DNA of 63,642 bases, the filler included, from Chiloscyllium plagiosum (taxonomy: Eukaryota), in assembly GCF_004010195.1 (NCBI RefSeq). It is 5 parts of one record of this genome, joined end to end, with 100 filler letters (N's around TTAATTAATTAA, not from the genome) between each part and the next. Parts side by side here need not be neighbours in the genome. Positions count along the whole stretch, not along the records: positions 18,568 to 26,679 come from NC_057710.1; positions 26,780 to 37,907 come from NC_057710.1; positions 38,008 to 42,357 come from NC_057710.1; 2 more parts are not named here. One strand, 5' to 3'. Below are positions 25,762-38,667 of the stretch, piece by piece. Positions within the stretch are counted from its first letter, which is position 1. Each line of letters begins with the position of its first letter. The position numbers and the translations under genes are program-made. The notes below the pieces were generated by a model. It did no database searches. It was not told where the DNA came from and saw only the letters and a program-made list of their open reading frames with translations.

Positions 25762-25985
25762 GTACAGGTAAAGTCACCATAGCCCTACCAGATCATACGG
25801 CTATTGTCTCAGAAGAGAGAGAGAGTGACGACTGCCAGTGATTTAACCTGAGGGTCACCTTGGCTCAGGTGAAGGGAGACGTTGAGAAGGAGAGTTCTTG
25901 ATGGTAACCTCAGCTGGAATTGAGCTCATGCTGGCGGTGTTACAACCCAGCTGTCCAGCCAACCGAGCTAACCAGCACCCTGCCT
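25762..25985 (-). mobile_element. Unclassified tRNA-derived SINE
   Basis: Minus strand gggtgctggttagctcggttgg (A box)…gctcaattccag (B-box-like)…ctatggtgactttacc tail. A similar head occurs at 50685-50725. Confidence 0.55.
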
Positions 25986-26369
25986 CGGTGATGAATTGCT
26001 TTCTCGAATCACTACAGTCCATGTGCTGTAGGTAGACCCACAGCGCCCTTAGAGAGACAATTGCAAGATTTTGACTCAGTGATGGAGAAGGAATAGCAGT
26101 ATACTTGCATTGAGTCGAGTTTTGCTGGGGCTCCTTGATGTTATACTTGGTCAAGTGAGGCCTCGATACAAAGACCAGTCACTCTTGCCTCCGCTCTGGA
26201 ATTCAGCTTTTTGTCCATGTTCGAGCCCTGTAATGAGGTCAGGAGCTGAGTGGCCCTGGCAGAACCCAAACTGGGCATCACTGACCAGGTTACCCCTTTG
26301 CAATTACCACTTGAGAGCAGAGAAGGGGAAGAAAAATTCTTTTGGGCTCAAGAGATAATTACCAGTGTT

Positions 26370-26860
26370 TCTGAAGTGTGAGCTTAAAAGTGTATTGCTG
26401 GAAAAGCGCAGCAGGTCAGGCAGCATCAAAGGAGAAGGAGAATCGACGTTTCGGGCATAAGCCCTTCTTCAGGAATGAGGAGGGTGTGCCAAGCAGGCTA
26501 AGATAAAAGGTAGGGAGGAGGAACTTGGGGGAGGGGTGTTGGGAATGTGACAGGTTGAAGGAGGTTAAGATGAGGGAGATAGGCCAGAGATGGGTTGGGG
26601 GCGGAGAGGTCGGGAAGAAGATTGCAGATCAAGAAGGCGGTGCTGAGTCCCAGGGTTGGGACTGAGAAAAGGTGAGGGTNNNNNNNNNNNNNNNNNNNNN
26701 NNNNNNNNNNNNNNNNNNNNNNNTTAATTAATTAANNNNNNNNNNNNNNNNNNNNNNNNNNNNNNNNNNNNNNNNNNNNGATGCTGCCTGACCTGCTGCG
26801 CTTTTCCAGCAACACATTTCCATCTCTGATCTCCAGCATCTGCAGACCTCACTTTCTCCT
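26370..26860. mobile_element. Penelope family A ends flanking a gap: inverted 3' end (minus, 26370-26679) and sense tail (26780-26860)
   Basis: Reverse complement of the 18950-19200 sequence. Intact CTGAAGA-AGGGC-TTAT-GCCC-GAAAC-GTC core on the minus strand at 26445-26472. Confidence 0.8.
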
Positions 26861-27103
26861 CAAAGACCACTGGAGGAAGCCAAGATGGATCATCCACTCA
26901 ACACTTCTGGCTGAAGATTATAGCGAAAGCTTCAGCCTTATCTTTTGCTCTGATGAGCAACACATTTCCATCTCTGATCTCCAGCATCTGCAGACCTCAC
27001 TTTCTCCTCAAAGACCACTGGAGGAAGCCAAGATGGATCATCCACTCAACACTTCTGGCTGAAGATTATAGCGAAAGCTTCAGCCTTATCTTTTGCTCTG
27101 ATG
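26808..27103. repeat. Apparently exact 148-bp tandem duplication spanning a PLE tail/LINE junction
   Basis: 26808-26955 is repeated at 26956-27103, immediately after an assembly gap. Confidence 0.88.
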
Positions 27104-28117
27104 TACTGGGCTCTTCCATCATTGAGAATGGGGATATTTGTGGAGCCTCCTTCTCCTCCAGTGAGTTGTTTAATTGTCCACCATCATTCATGACTGGATG
27201 TGTCAGGGCTGCAGAGCTCAGATCTGATCCGTTACTTGTGGGCTGGTGGAATTTTAATTCAACTAGTAAACATGGGACTAAAAATTAATCTAATGGTGAC
27301 CATGAAACCATTGCTGTAAAATCCCCTCTTGTTAACTCATAAAATCTGCCGTATTGACTTGGCCTATATCCAACGTCATACCTACAGCAATCAGTTTATT
27401 CTTAATCAACAAAGCTTAAATCCTATCAAAGAATACACCCTCAGCCTCTGGGATTTGGATGGAAAACATCAACAGAAGATGTCGGTTGTGCAGTCATGCT
27501 ACAGGGCATGAGGACAGCTCACCCCCAAACCCACATCATTAAGAAGTCACACAACATAACATTCACTTTAGGGTCAGCTCTTAATTTAAAGTCATGTAAT
27601 TCAACTGACCTGATACTTTATTTTGATCTAAATTCTTGCAGTACCTATGTCATCGGAAATAATCTGATTCTACTTTTAAAAAAATGTTGTGTTAGTCAGA
27701 GTCAATTCGAATGGTTTATGACTATCGCTTGTAGACTTTTATCAAGAGAAGAGGGAACGTGATAAATAGAACTAAAAGGGAGTTTTGACAGGTGTCAGCT
27801 CTCCTGTAAAATAGACTGTATCTGATTCTGTAATCTCCCTCACTAGGGGATGCAAGTGAGCTGCTTATTTAAGGAGGATGTTGCACAGTGGTCCATTCAA
27901 AAATGCAGAAAAGTATTGAATCATTGCTCAGGTTTTTAAAATGTCTTTGTTAGGAAAGTGAATGCTAAGGGCCCTCAGTAACTCCTTTAGAGAATGCACT
28001 GCTTAGTGGAGGATTGGACAACTAAAACCAGGAAAGGTAACTGCACCACATCAAAACTCAAAGACAGACATCAGTTGTAGCATTCTCCATGTTCAGAAGT
28101 GCCTGTGAATATTTGAA

Positions 28118-28480
28118 AGGAAGAAAAATTGCATTGATTTAGCAGCTTTCATGGCCAGATGTAGTCCCAAAACCTTTCAAAATGAATGCCATACTTTTGA
28201 AGTCTAGTCACTGTTATAACAGGGGAAACTCAGAAGCTAATTTGTGCACAGCAAGCTCTCATAAACATCAGTGTGATAACATCTGGAGGGTCTATGAATT
28301 ACCATACTGCATAACACTTTTCTTTCAAATAGAGTTAGGGAATCGCTTATGTCCATCTGAGAGATTGACATCTTGGACTGACAGCAGAGACGGTGCAGCC
28401 TCCTCTCAGTACTGCTCTGGAATGTCTTCTTAGATGCTATGCTTCAGCCTCTGACATGGAACGTGAACTAACATTCTTTC
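28118..28480 (-). mobile_element. Old Deu-domain SINE (SacSINE1-like)
   Basis: tacttttgaagtctagtcactgtt…gctaatttgtgcacagcaagctctcataaac resembles the reverse complement of the recalled Deu core. Related remnants lie at 3570-3735(+) and 54605-54897(-). Confidence 0.6.
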
Positions 28481-28483
28481 CTA

Positions 28484-28815
28484 GGCTGGCACAGTGGTTG
28501 ATTGGTTAGCACTGCTGCCTTACAGAGCCGGGCTTCTGGGTTCAATCCCAGCCTTGGGTGACTGTGTGGAGTTTGCACATTCTCCCTGTGTCTGCTTGGG
28601 TTTCCTCTCACAGTCCAAAGGTATCCAGGTTAAGTGGACTGGCCTTGTTAAATTGTCCTGCAGTGTTCAGGGATGTGTAGGTTAGGTGGTATAGTAATGG
28701 TAAATGCAGGGCTAAGTTGGTAAGGGGGTGGCCTGGGCGGAATGCTCTTAGGAGGGTCACTTTGGACTTGATGGATCAAATAGCCCTCTTCCACACTGTA
28801 GGGATTTCATGATTC
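28484..28815 (+). mobile_element. HE1-type SINE (diverged)
   Basis: ggcacagtggttgattggttagcactgctgcc…ttccacactgtagggatt. Confidence 0.85.
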
Positions 28816-30024
28816 TGACTGAGTTAAGAAGCTGAACCATAGATGGCAGCTAAACGTATTGTGAATCCTTGAATCTAGAATTAAATGCAAGAGATGGTTA
28901 TAAACAGCATGGGATATTTAAATGCGTAAAATATATTTAGAGAGATGCAGCTGTAAAAGATGTGCCTAGTCACTACAGTAAAATCTCTAAACTAAGTTAA
29001 ACTTGCAAAGAGAAATGTGATCAAGCATGCAGCAAGGAACAAAGTGAACTGAAAATAACTGGTTATGTGGATTAGTTTATATATTTAACAGGACACTGTT
29101 ACCTAGAAAATCTACACAAACCAAATCATTATTCTTAATTTAAAGGAGAAAATGTCTTCTAATCATGCAGCACAAATTGTAAGAGGTGGTAATTTGGCCA
29201 TTGCAGAAAATTTGAGTCACTTTGAACAAGAGAGGTCTTTAAGGGGTGAAAACCTTGATGCTTAATTCCTTGTGTACAGTGGAGGAGTCCAACATTCAGA
29301 GGCATCAGTGTCTCACACATGAAATAGCCCGGAAAAAAAACATTATCTGATAGCACCAGCAGAGATTGAAATGTGTCTTTGACTTCGCAAAGCACTCCAC
29401 AGCCAATTGAGTTTTTGCATAATGTATCAAAATGTTACCCAATAAACATCACATGGGTGGACACTGAGTTGGGACACGGTTAGCATTGCTGGCCGAAGGC
29501 TTAACATCAAGCGATAAGCTTCCAATGGATAAAATCACAACGGGCACAGCTAAGGCAAGTACCAAGGGTCTTTGTCTCGAGGGTAGGGGAACTCAAAACC
29601 AGTGGGCATATTTTTAAGGTGAGGGGAGAAAATTTTAAAAAGGACATGGGGTCAACTTTTTTACACAGAGGGTAAGGAAAGCTATCACAGTGGGGTTGAG
29701 AGTAGATGGGGGTAACGGATTTCAGATTGCAAGTGGAAAGTTCTTTATGTGACAATGAATGCAAGAGGGGATGCCAGGAGCAAACGCAGATGAATGTGAG
29801 CTTTCAACAGCCAACGATCATCATGACCACAGATCATAACCCTGAAGTAACATGGAAGACCTAGCGTCAAGGAATTTCAATACTCACCACAAAGTAGTGT
29901 GGCAGCACTATTACTGATCAAGCTGGGTGAGTCATAAAAGGCATCAACCCCACTTTATCAATAGAGAGTACACTCTGTGCCCTTCGCAGTATTTGCTCCA
30001 AGTGTTGTTCAATTTGGAGTAGCG

Positions 30025-30950
30025 TCATAGAGTCATACAGCGTGGAAACAGACCCTTCTGTCTAACTTGTCCATGCCAACCATGTTCCCAAACTAAATTA
30101 GTCCCACTTGCCTCTGTTTGGCCCACATCCCTTCATCACATTGAGTTACCATCTTAATGTGTTTTAAATGTTGTAACTGTACCTGCATCCATCACTTTCT
30201 CAGCAAGTTCATTCCACGCACATACCACTCTCTGTGTAAAAACGTTACTCCTCATGTCCTTTTTAAAATGTTCTCCTCTCACCCTAAAATTATGCCTTCT
30301 AGTTTTGAACTCCCCTACCCTTGGGAAAAGACCCTTGCTATTTACCTTATCTATGTCCCTCATGATTTTATAAACCTCTACAAGGTCGCCCCTCAACCTT
30401 CTACACTCCAGTGAAAAAAGTCCTAGCCTACCCAGCATCTCCTTCTAACACAAACCTTCGATTCTCAGCAGCATCCTGGTAAATCTTTTCTGAACCCTCT
30501 CCAGTTTATTAATGTCCTTCCAAAAGCACGACAACCAGAACCGCATACAATACTCCAGAAAACACCTCACTAATATCCTGTGCAATCTTAACATGACATT
30601 CCAGCTCCTCTACTAAATGGTCTGAGCAATGAAGGCAAGCTTGCTAAATGCCTTCTTAACCACCCTATCCACCTGTGAAGCAAATTTCAAAGAATTATCT
30701 ACCTGAACCCCAAGGCCTCTCTGTTCTACAACACTACTCCATTAATTGTATAAGTCCTGCCATTGTTTGTTTTACCAAAATGCAATACCTCGCATTTATC
30801 AAACTTAAATTCAATCTGCCAATTCTCAGCCCATTGACCCAAGTGATCAAGATCTCTTTGTAATCTTAGATAACTTTCTTCACTGTCCACTATAACACCA
30901 ATTATGGTGTCATCCACAAACTTACGAACCATGCCTCCTACACTCATATC
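30025..30950 (-). mobile_element. CR1 ORF2 3' part plus 3' UTR
   Basis: RKFVDDTIIG…LQRDLD…WQIEF; LGLFSLECRRLRGDL. Confidence 0.88.
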
Positions 30951-31745
30951 TTGGTTCAGCAGCTCATTTGGGACAGGAATAGGTCATGGGATAAAGTTGG
31001 TTAATAGGAATGCTAGGAAAACTCATTATTGATGGTCTACCACTCGCCACCATCTCCTGCCAATGGGTGATGTGTCTAAGGTAAGGTTCCACAAATAAGA
31101 CCATGTAGGTTGTTGTTTGAGTGCTTTTTGGGACATCTCTTCTAATTTTGGCACATTTCCCAGATGTTAGTGAGGAAGAGTTTGCTGGAACAGCAGGGCT
31201 GTGTTTGCTGTTTTCATATTCTGATGCCTTATATGATGATCTATTTGCTTTCATTCCCTAATAATCTGAAACTGGTTTCAGCATAAGTCTCGGCACAGTC
31301 GAGGTTATTCAGTAAGTGCTGTCCAATCATGAATCACATCTAATGTTGGACACTGCTTTGTGTTTTGCTGTTTGGGTATAATCAGTACCTTACTTTTTGC
31401 AAACAGTTACAAGTATATGCTTTTTTGAAATGTTGCACCGGTTTTTGGATGTACAGCCGACACACTTGGCATCAATATGCCACTGAAAATACCACCTTAT
31501 GCATTTGTGTGATAGACTGAATGACTTTTTGTCTTGACAGCAACAACATGTCCATGGTGAACACGACTTGTGTTGCTCCTGCATAGTAGCTGTAGTTTCT
31601 ATGACAATGCCTTGTCCAGTCTAAGGAGCAGCCTCCAAAAGCTTATGATTTCAAATACACCTGTTGGACTATAAAATGTGTGACATTTGACTTTGTCCAC
31701 CCCAGTCCAACACTGAAACCTCCAGACCTCGGCCAGTAAGAATCC

Positions 31746-34715
31746 AATAGAACATTACAGCACAGTACAGGCGCTTCAGCCCTCGATGTTGCACCGACCT
31801 GTGAAGCCAATCTGAAGCCCATCTATCCTACACTATTCCATTTTCATCTATATGTTTATCCAAAATGATTTAAATGCCCTTAAGTTTGGTGAGTCTACTA
31901 ATGTTGCAGGCAGTGCGTTCCAGGTGGTGGAGTGTTGTTTTTCAAACTGGAGGTTGTGACCAGTGGAGTGCCACAAGGATCGGTGCTGGGTCCACTACTT
32001 TTTGTTATTTACATAAATGATTTGGATGCGAGCATAAGATATACAGTTAGGAAGTTTGCAGATGACACCAAAATTGGAGGTGAAGTGGACAGCAAAGAAG
32101 GTTACCTCCGATTACAACAGGATCTGGACCAGATGGGCAAATGGGCTGACAAGTGGCAGATGGAGTTTAATTCAGATAACTGCAAGGTGCCGCATTTTGG
32201 GAAAGCAAATCTTAGCAGGACTTGCGTGCAATTCTGGTTTCCTTCCTATCGGAAAGATGTTGTGAAACTTGAAAGGGTTCAGAAAAGAATTACAAAGATG
32301 TTGCCAGGGTTGGAGGATTTGAGCTATATGGAGAGGCTGAACAGGCTGGGACTATTTTCTCTGGAGCGTCGGAGGCTGAGGGGTGACCTTATAGAGGTTT
32401 ACAAAATCATGAGTGGCATAGATAAGATAAATAGACAAAGTATTTTCCCTGGGGTCGGGGGAGTCCAGAACTAGAGAGCATAGGGGCCAAAGAGACCTAA
32501 GGGGCAACCTTTTCACACAGAGGGTGGTACTTGTATGGAATGAGCTGCCAGAGGAAGTGGTGGAGGCTGGTACAATTGCAACATTTAAGAGGCATCTGGA
32601 TGGGTATATGAATAGGAAGGGTTTGGAGGGATATGGGCTGGGTGCTGGCAGGTGGGACTAGATTGGATTGGGATATCTGGTCGGCATAGATGGGTTGGAC
32701 CGAAGGGTCTGTTTCCATGCTGTACATCTCTATGACTCTATGACTCTAAACGTCATCTCTAAACCTTCTTCTATCCAATGAAAACAGCCTCAAGTCCCTC
32801 AGCATTTCCTCATAAGACCTTCCCTCCATACCAGGCAATGTCCTAGTAAATCTCTTCTGCACCCTTTCCAAAGCGTCTGCATCCTTCCTACAATGCACTG
32901 TACGCATAACTCTAAGGGCAGTTGCACCAGAGCTGCAGCATGATCTTGTGGCTCCAAAACTCGATCCCTCTCCCAATAAAAGCTAACACACCGTATGTCT
33001 TCTTAACAATCTTATCAACGTGGGTGGCAACGTTCATGGATCTACGTACATGAACTCCGAGATTTCTCTGCTCATCTACGCTACCAAGAATCTGACCATT
33101 AGCCCAGTACTCTTTATCTCTGTTGTTCCTTCCAAAGTGAATCACCTCACACTTTTCTGCATTAAACTCCATTTGACACCTCTCAGCCCAGCACTGCACC
33201 TTATTTATGCACCTCTGTAACCTGCAGCATCCCTCAGCACTATCCATAACTCCACTAACCTTAGTGACATCTGCAAATTTGCTGACCCATCCTTCATCCA
33301 GGTCATTTATAAAAAGGACAAACAGCAATGGCCCCAAAACAGATCTTTGCGATACTCCACTCGTAACTGAACTCCAGGATGAACATTTCCTAACAACCAC
33401 TAATCTCTGTCTTCTCTCAGCTAGCCAATTTCTGATCTAAATCACGAAATCACCCTCCATCTAATGCCTCTATATTTTCTGCAATAGCCTACTGTGGAGA
33501 ACCTTATTAAACACCTTACAGAAATCCATGTACACCACATCAACCGCTTTACCCTCATCCACCTGTTCGGTCACCATCTCAAAGAACTCAATAACGTTTA
33601 TGAGGTGCAACCTACCCTTCAGAAACCCATGTTGACTATCCCTAATCAACTTATTCCTCTCTCGACGATTATAAATCCTATCTCTTATAATCTTTTCCAA
33701 CACTTTACCATAACCAAAGTAAGGCTCACTGGTCTATAATTACCAGGGTAGTCTCTACTCCCTTTCTTGAACAAGGAGACAATATTTGCTATCCACCAGT
33801 CTTCTGGCTCTATTCCTGTAGACAGTGACAACATAAAGATCAAAGCCAAAGGCTCTGCAATCTCCTCCCTGGCTTCCCAGAGAATCCTAAGATTACTCCC
33901 ATCTGGCCCAGGGGACTTATCTATTTTCACACATTCCAGAATTGCTGACACCTCTTCCTTGTGAACTCAATTAAAGCAGTCTAGTAGCCTGTATCTCAGT
34001 ATTCTCCTCAACAACATTGTCTTTTTCCAGTGTGAATACTAGCAAAAAATATTCATTTAGACCTTCCCCTATCTCCTCAGACTCCAAGCACCACTTCCCA
34101 CTACTATCATTGATTGGCCCTAACCTTCCTCTCATCATCCTTTTATTCTTGATATATCTATAGAAAGCTTTAGGGTTTTCCTTGATCTTATCTGCCAATG
34201 ACTTCTCATGTTCCCTCCTGGCTCTTCATAGCTCTCTCTTTAGGTCTTTCCTGACTAACTTGTAACTCTCAAGTGCCCTAACTGAGCCTTCATGTCTCAT
34301 CCTGACATAAAACTTCTTCTTCCTCTTGACAAGAGATTCAACTTCTTTAGTAAACCACGGCTTCCTTGATCAACCATTTCCTCCCTGCCTGACAGGTACA
34401 TACTTATCAAGGACAAGTAGTAGCTGTTCCTTGAATAAGCTCCACATTTCCATTTTGCCCAATCCCTGCAGTTTCCTTCCCAATCCTATGCATCCTAAAT
34501 CTTGCCTAATTGCATCTTAATTGCCTTTTCCCCAGCTCTAACTCTTGCCCTGCGATATATGCCTATCCCTTTCCATCGCTAAAGTAAACATAACCTAATT
34601 GTGGTCGCTATCACCAAAGTGCTCATTTACCTCCAAATCTAACACTTGGCCAGGTTCATTGCCTAGTACCAAATCCAGTGTGGCCTCGCCCCTTACTGGT
34701 CTGTCTACATACTAT
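31746..34715. mobile_element. Long minus-strand CR1 (32748-34715 plus 3' end 31746-31921) split by a plus-strand CR1 (31925-32747)
   Basis: Minus-strand ORF fragments run from the EN/RT linker (IKENPKAFYRY, KSPGPDG, NYRPVSL, QHGF) to SKFAD. The plus copy has [10 protein letters not shown]…FADDTK and a ctatgact tail. Confidence 0.9.
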
Positions 34716-34927
34716 GTCTTCTCCTATAGTTATAGTAAAATCCATTACCAGCTTTCTGTGAGAATGTAGGGTTCAGGGCACACTCTGTTCCAAGATCTAG
34801 GTGGCAACATTCAATCCTGCCCAGCAATCAGGAAAGTCGTTTTGCAAGGCTTTTAAATAGGATAGTTCAGGGGTCACTGAAGCAGAGTTCAAAGGTCACA
34901 AGCTTCTGGGCAAAGAGCTAGACTCCA

Positions 34928-35874
34928 TGTTATGCCATTCTATAATTAGCTGTACTAACTGGAAAGGCAGTTGAATTAAATGTGAAGGTGACTCAGTATG
35001 ACGTCAAGACCAGTTAGGTGGCTGTATGCTGTAGAACTCAGAAAGGAATTCTATGATTTAATAGACAGTGAAAAACTAGAATTAGGGCTTGGTAAAACTG
35101 CAAAACATGTGAAGTGCTGAAAAGAAGCCTGAGCACAATTAGTTGATTAGTCCAACTGGGAGTCAGGGTTAGACTGCCTATAAGCAGCATTTGCTGGGTG
35201 CACCTGGGTGAGATTAGAACTCAAGGAAAAACTCTGGGGCAGTTTTAGCTTGGTGAAGCTACCAGTCAGTAAAGAGCTAGAGTTATGCTTGTGAATGAGA
35301 AACTGGCGAGCAGCTTCATAGAAACATAGAAGATAGGAGCCGGAGTTGTCTATTAGATCCCTCGAGCCTGCTCCACCATTCAATATGATCATGGCTGATC
35401 ATTAAACTTAACACGTTAATCCTGTCCTCCCCCCATATCCCTTGATCTCTTCAGCCACAAGAACTACATACACCTCCTTCTTGAAAACACATCATGTTTG
35501 GCTTCAATCACTAACTGCCATAGTTTCAGAGTCCTGGGCAGTGCAGACCCAGGGAAGGAGAGCGATCAACCAGAACGAGAGACACTCTCAACAGTCTGTG
35601 ACAGAGTGCTCTTGAGAGAGAGTTTCAAGGTCAAACTGTTAAAGAATGAATAACTGTGATCTATTGTGAAGTTAAATGAGATTTGATGACCCACTGTTAA
35701 TATGTAGGAAAATTGCTGAGAAAGATTAGAATTAGTTGTGCTTATTATTTGCTGTGTACTTCAGGCAGCTTTGACCGTGCCTGCTTCTAACCTGTATGTC
35801 CATTCTCCAGGGCCCTAGATCTCGTACTTTGTCTACTCAACAAATAAATGCTACTGGTCCCCAGACAGATAACA
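34928..35874 (+). mobile_element. Candidate solo LTR with a CR1 tail inserted at about 35318-35515
   Basis: Perfect terminal inverted hexamer TGTTAT…ATAACA; TATAA at 35179-35183; AATAAA at 35843-35848. No clean TSD seen. Confidence 0.55.
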
Positions 35875-35924
35875 GCATGAATTTGGCGGTCAGGTCCACA
35901 GTCATAATACAGTATGAAATCAGA

Positions 35925-36535
35925 ATATGAGATTGGTAGCTCAGGTTGTGGATGAGGTTGTTGACTTGCTCGCTGAGCTGGTAAGTTTGTTTACAGACGT
36001 TTCATCACCATCCTAGTAACATCATCAGTGCGCCTCCGGTAAAGGATTGGTGTTCTGTCCTACTTGCTGTGTATGTATCTGGGTCTACTGTTGGTGGTCC
36101 GGTTTTGTTGCTGTTATGTTTCTTAGTGGTTGGTATGTGACCATGTTACCTAGAACGTTTGCAAACAAACTTCCCAGCTCAGCGAGCAAGTCAACAACCA
36201 CAGCATAAAATATTGTTTCCTAAGTACAAAAGTTAGCTCACTGAGCTTGGAAGGTTAGTATTCAGATGTTTCATCACCATGACTAGGTAACATCATCAGT
36301 GATGCACTGGTGGTACGTCCTGCCTCTCTATTTATAGGTCTTGGTTTCTTAATGTTGTCATTTCCAGTTCTTTTTTTATTTAGATCCTATTGCATCGATT
36401 TAGATCCTGCCTGCCTTCCCTTGAAAAAAAGAACTGGAAATGACATCACCCACCTTAAGAAACCAAGACCTATAAATAGAGAGGTGGGACATGCCACCAG
36501 CACATCACCGGAGACTCTCACTGATGATGTTTGCT
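35925..36535. mobile_element. Two short foldback remnants of Penelope family B
   Basis: Similar to 49781-49960. Inverted arms, e.g. tctctatttataggtcttggtttcttaa (about 36325) and ttaagaaaccaagacctataaatagaga (about 36455). Hammerhead-like cores on the minus strand at about 35995-36030 and 36263-36301. Confidence 0.75.
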
Positions 36536-36929
36536 CCTGAAAATATGCAAAACATAAGCTAGAGATTCCACTGTCATTTGCAATTCATTTTTTTCAGCAA
36601 GTTCAAGTTTTCCTGACTTCCAGTTAGCTGAATGTTCCTTTGTTAACAGGCTTAAAATGGTTGTCTCCTCTTTGCAACACCTCTGGACCTGCCTGACGTT
36701 GCAGCCACTCTCTCTCACACGCTTTCTCCTCGCTGATCTTTGCAGCCTCCGTTCCTCTTTCTGTCCCCCACCTTGCAGCCTCACAGGGGCTAGATTCAGT
36801 TACTTTGGCCAATTAGAGTCAGGTTGCTGGGCATTCATCCAGATGGCTGAGACTGGCATATTGTAGTTGGTACTGAGGGAAGAGGAACTCCTACTTCTGT
36901 GCCACCCCATACTGAGGGACATCCACATG

Positions 36930-38580
36930 CAAAACTGAACACTGATTTTCCCCTGTCTGCCATGACTAGGGTGCAACAAATCCGAAGCCTCCAGCAACAG
37001 ACCTCCCTCCGGATCCTCCACTCTACGCTCGCAGCCATGCGCCGCTACCTACACTTCCTGCAGTCAGCCCTGCCCCAGCTCAGGACAACACTCTCCCAGA
37101 CCTGCAAAGGACCTTTGCTGTTCTTCATCCTCTGAAGAATTCATACACTGAACAAACCTTTTTGCCTAGCCATATCGAACATCAAAGAAAGTAAGTACAA
37201 AAAACTTTCATGTATTCACCCCCACACTCCGGATTCCTCGACCGTTCCTGAACTTTCTCGCGACCTCTGGAACCGCTCGGGCGCCATTGCCCACGCGGCC
37301 ACTGCAGCTACCACCCCCGTGGCGAACGGTGACGACACTTTTGCCCCCACTGCCGCACGGACAACAGCCACCACCGACCATGCAGCCTCCGCGATCGCCG
37401 CCCAGACAACTGCCTCCACGATTGCCAGGAAGACCATCGTCGACAGATACGCAGCCGTCACAGTATCCATGGCCACTGGGACCAGCGCCGTTTCTGCCCG
37501 GCGCGCCACTTCCGCCCCCGAAGTTGCCGTTGCTGCAGCCACTTCCGCCCCCGGAGCTGCCGTCACCACAGCAACTTCCGCCCCCAGTGACGTCACTCAC
37601 CTGCTCAAGGACCACACCGCCCGCTACGCCACTCCCACGTCGATCTCCACCCCTAAGCTAATCTCCACCCCCACGTTAATCTCTGCCCCACGTTGATCTC
37701 CGCCCCCACGACCAACTCCGCCCCACGACCAACTCCACCCCCACGACTAACTCCGCCCCCATGACTAAGTCCGTCCCCACTCCCAGCTCCAGCCCCACAC
37801 CAGGTCCTAGCTCTCAGCACTGCCGTATTTTCACTATCCCTCCAGACCTCCCCCTCTCTGAGGATGAACAATCAGTCCTCAGCAGAGGCCTCACCTTCAT
37901 CCCCCTANNNNNNNNNNNNNNNNNNNNNNNNNNNNNNNNNNNNNNNNNNNNTTAATTAATTAANNNNNNNNNNNNNNNNNNNNNNNNNNNNNNNNNNNNN
38001 NNNNNNNTCCGTTGCTCCCGATGCGGTCTCCTCTACATTGGGGAGACTGGGTGCCTCCTAACGGAGCGCTTTAGGGAACATCTCCGAGACACCCGCACCA
38101 ATCAACCAAACCGTCCCATGGCCCAACATTTCAACTCCCCCTCCCACTCTGCCGAGGACATGGAGGTCCTGGGCCTCCTTCACCGCCGCTCCCTCACCAC
38201 CAGACGCCTGGAGGAAGAACGCCTCATCTTCCGCCTCGGAACACTTCAACCCCAGGGCATCAATGTGGACTTCAACAGCTTCCTCATTTGCCCTTCCCCC
38301 ACCTCTTCCTAGTTTCAAACTTCCAGCGCCTCACTGTCCCCTTGACTTGTCCGGACTTGTCCGACCTGCCTAGCTCCTTTTCCACCTATCCACTCCACCT
38401 TCTCCTCCCTGACCTATCACCTTCATCCCCTCCCCCACTCACCTATTGTACTCTATGCTACTTTCTCCCCACCCCCACCCTCCCCTAGCTTATCTCTCCA
38501 CGCTTCAGGCTCTCTGCCTTTATTCCTGATGAAGAGCTTTTGCCCGAAATGTCGATTTTGCTGCTCGTTTGATGCTGCCC
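36930..38580 (+). mobile_element. Penelope-like element (family A): N-terminal ORF, Ala/Thr/Pro-rich spacer, RT start, [gap], GIY-YIG endonuclease, 3' end with degenerate hammerhead core
   Basis: CRIFTIPPDLPLSEDEQSVLSRGLTFIPL (PLE pre-RT motif) lies before the gap. After the gap: RCSRCGLLYIGETG...ERFREHL...AQHFNSPSHS...LEEERLIFRLGTLQPQGINVDF. ctgatgaagagcttttgcccgaaatgtc starts at about 38526. Confidence 0.88.
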
Positions 38581-38667
38581 AGAATTAAACATCCTATTCC
38601 AATACTGCCCAAATATTTTCATCAACATTTCCAGAGACCCCGTTACACGAAATACCTTCTAACCCAG

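Noticed and set aside
26808..27103. 148-bp exact duplication as a biological repeat system
   Set aside because: Identical copies beside a contig end; most simply an assembly artefact.
27735..27770. …FYQEKRERDK resembling the next DOCK exon (NFYKE..RE)
   Set aside because: Wrong phase relative to the AG, in-frame stop, no YIR and no donor.
37208..37696. Overlapping Gly-, Ala- and Pro-rich ORFs on both strands as cellular genes
   Set aside because: GC-rich low-complexity interior of a Penelope element, where stop codons are scarce by composition.
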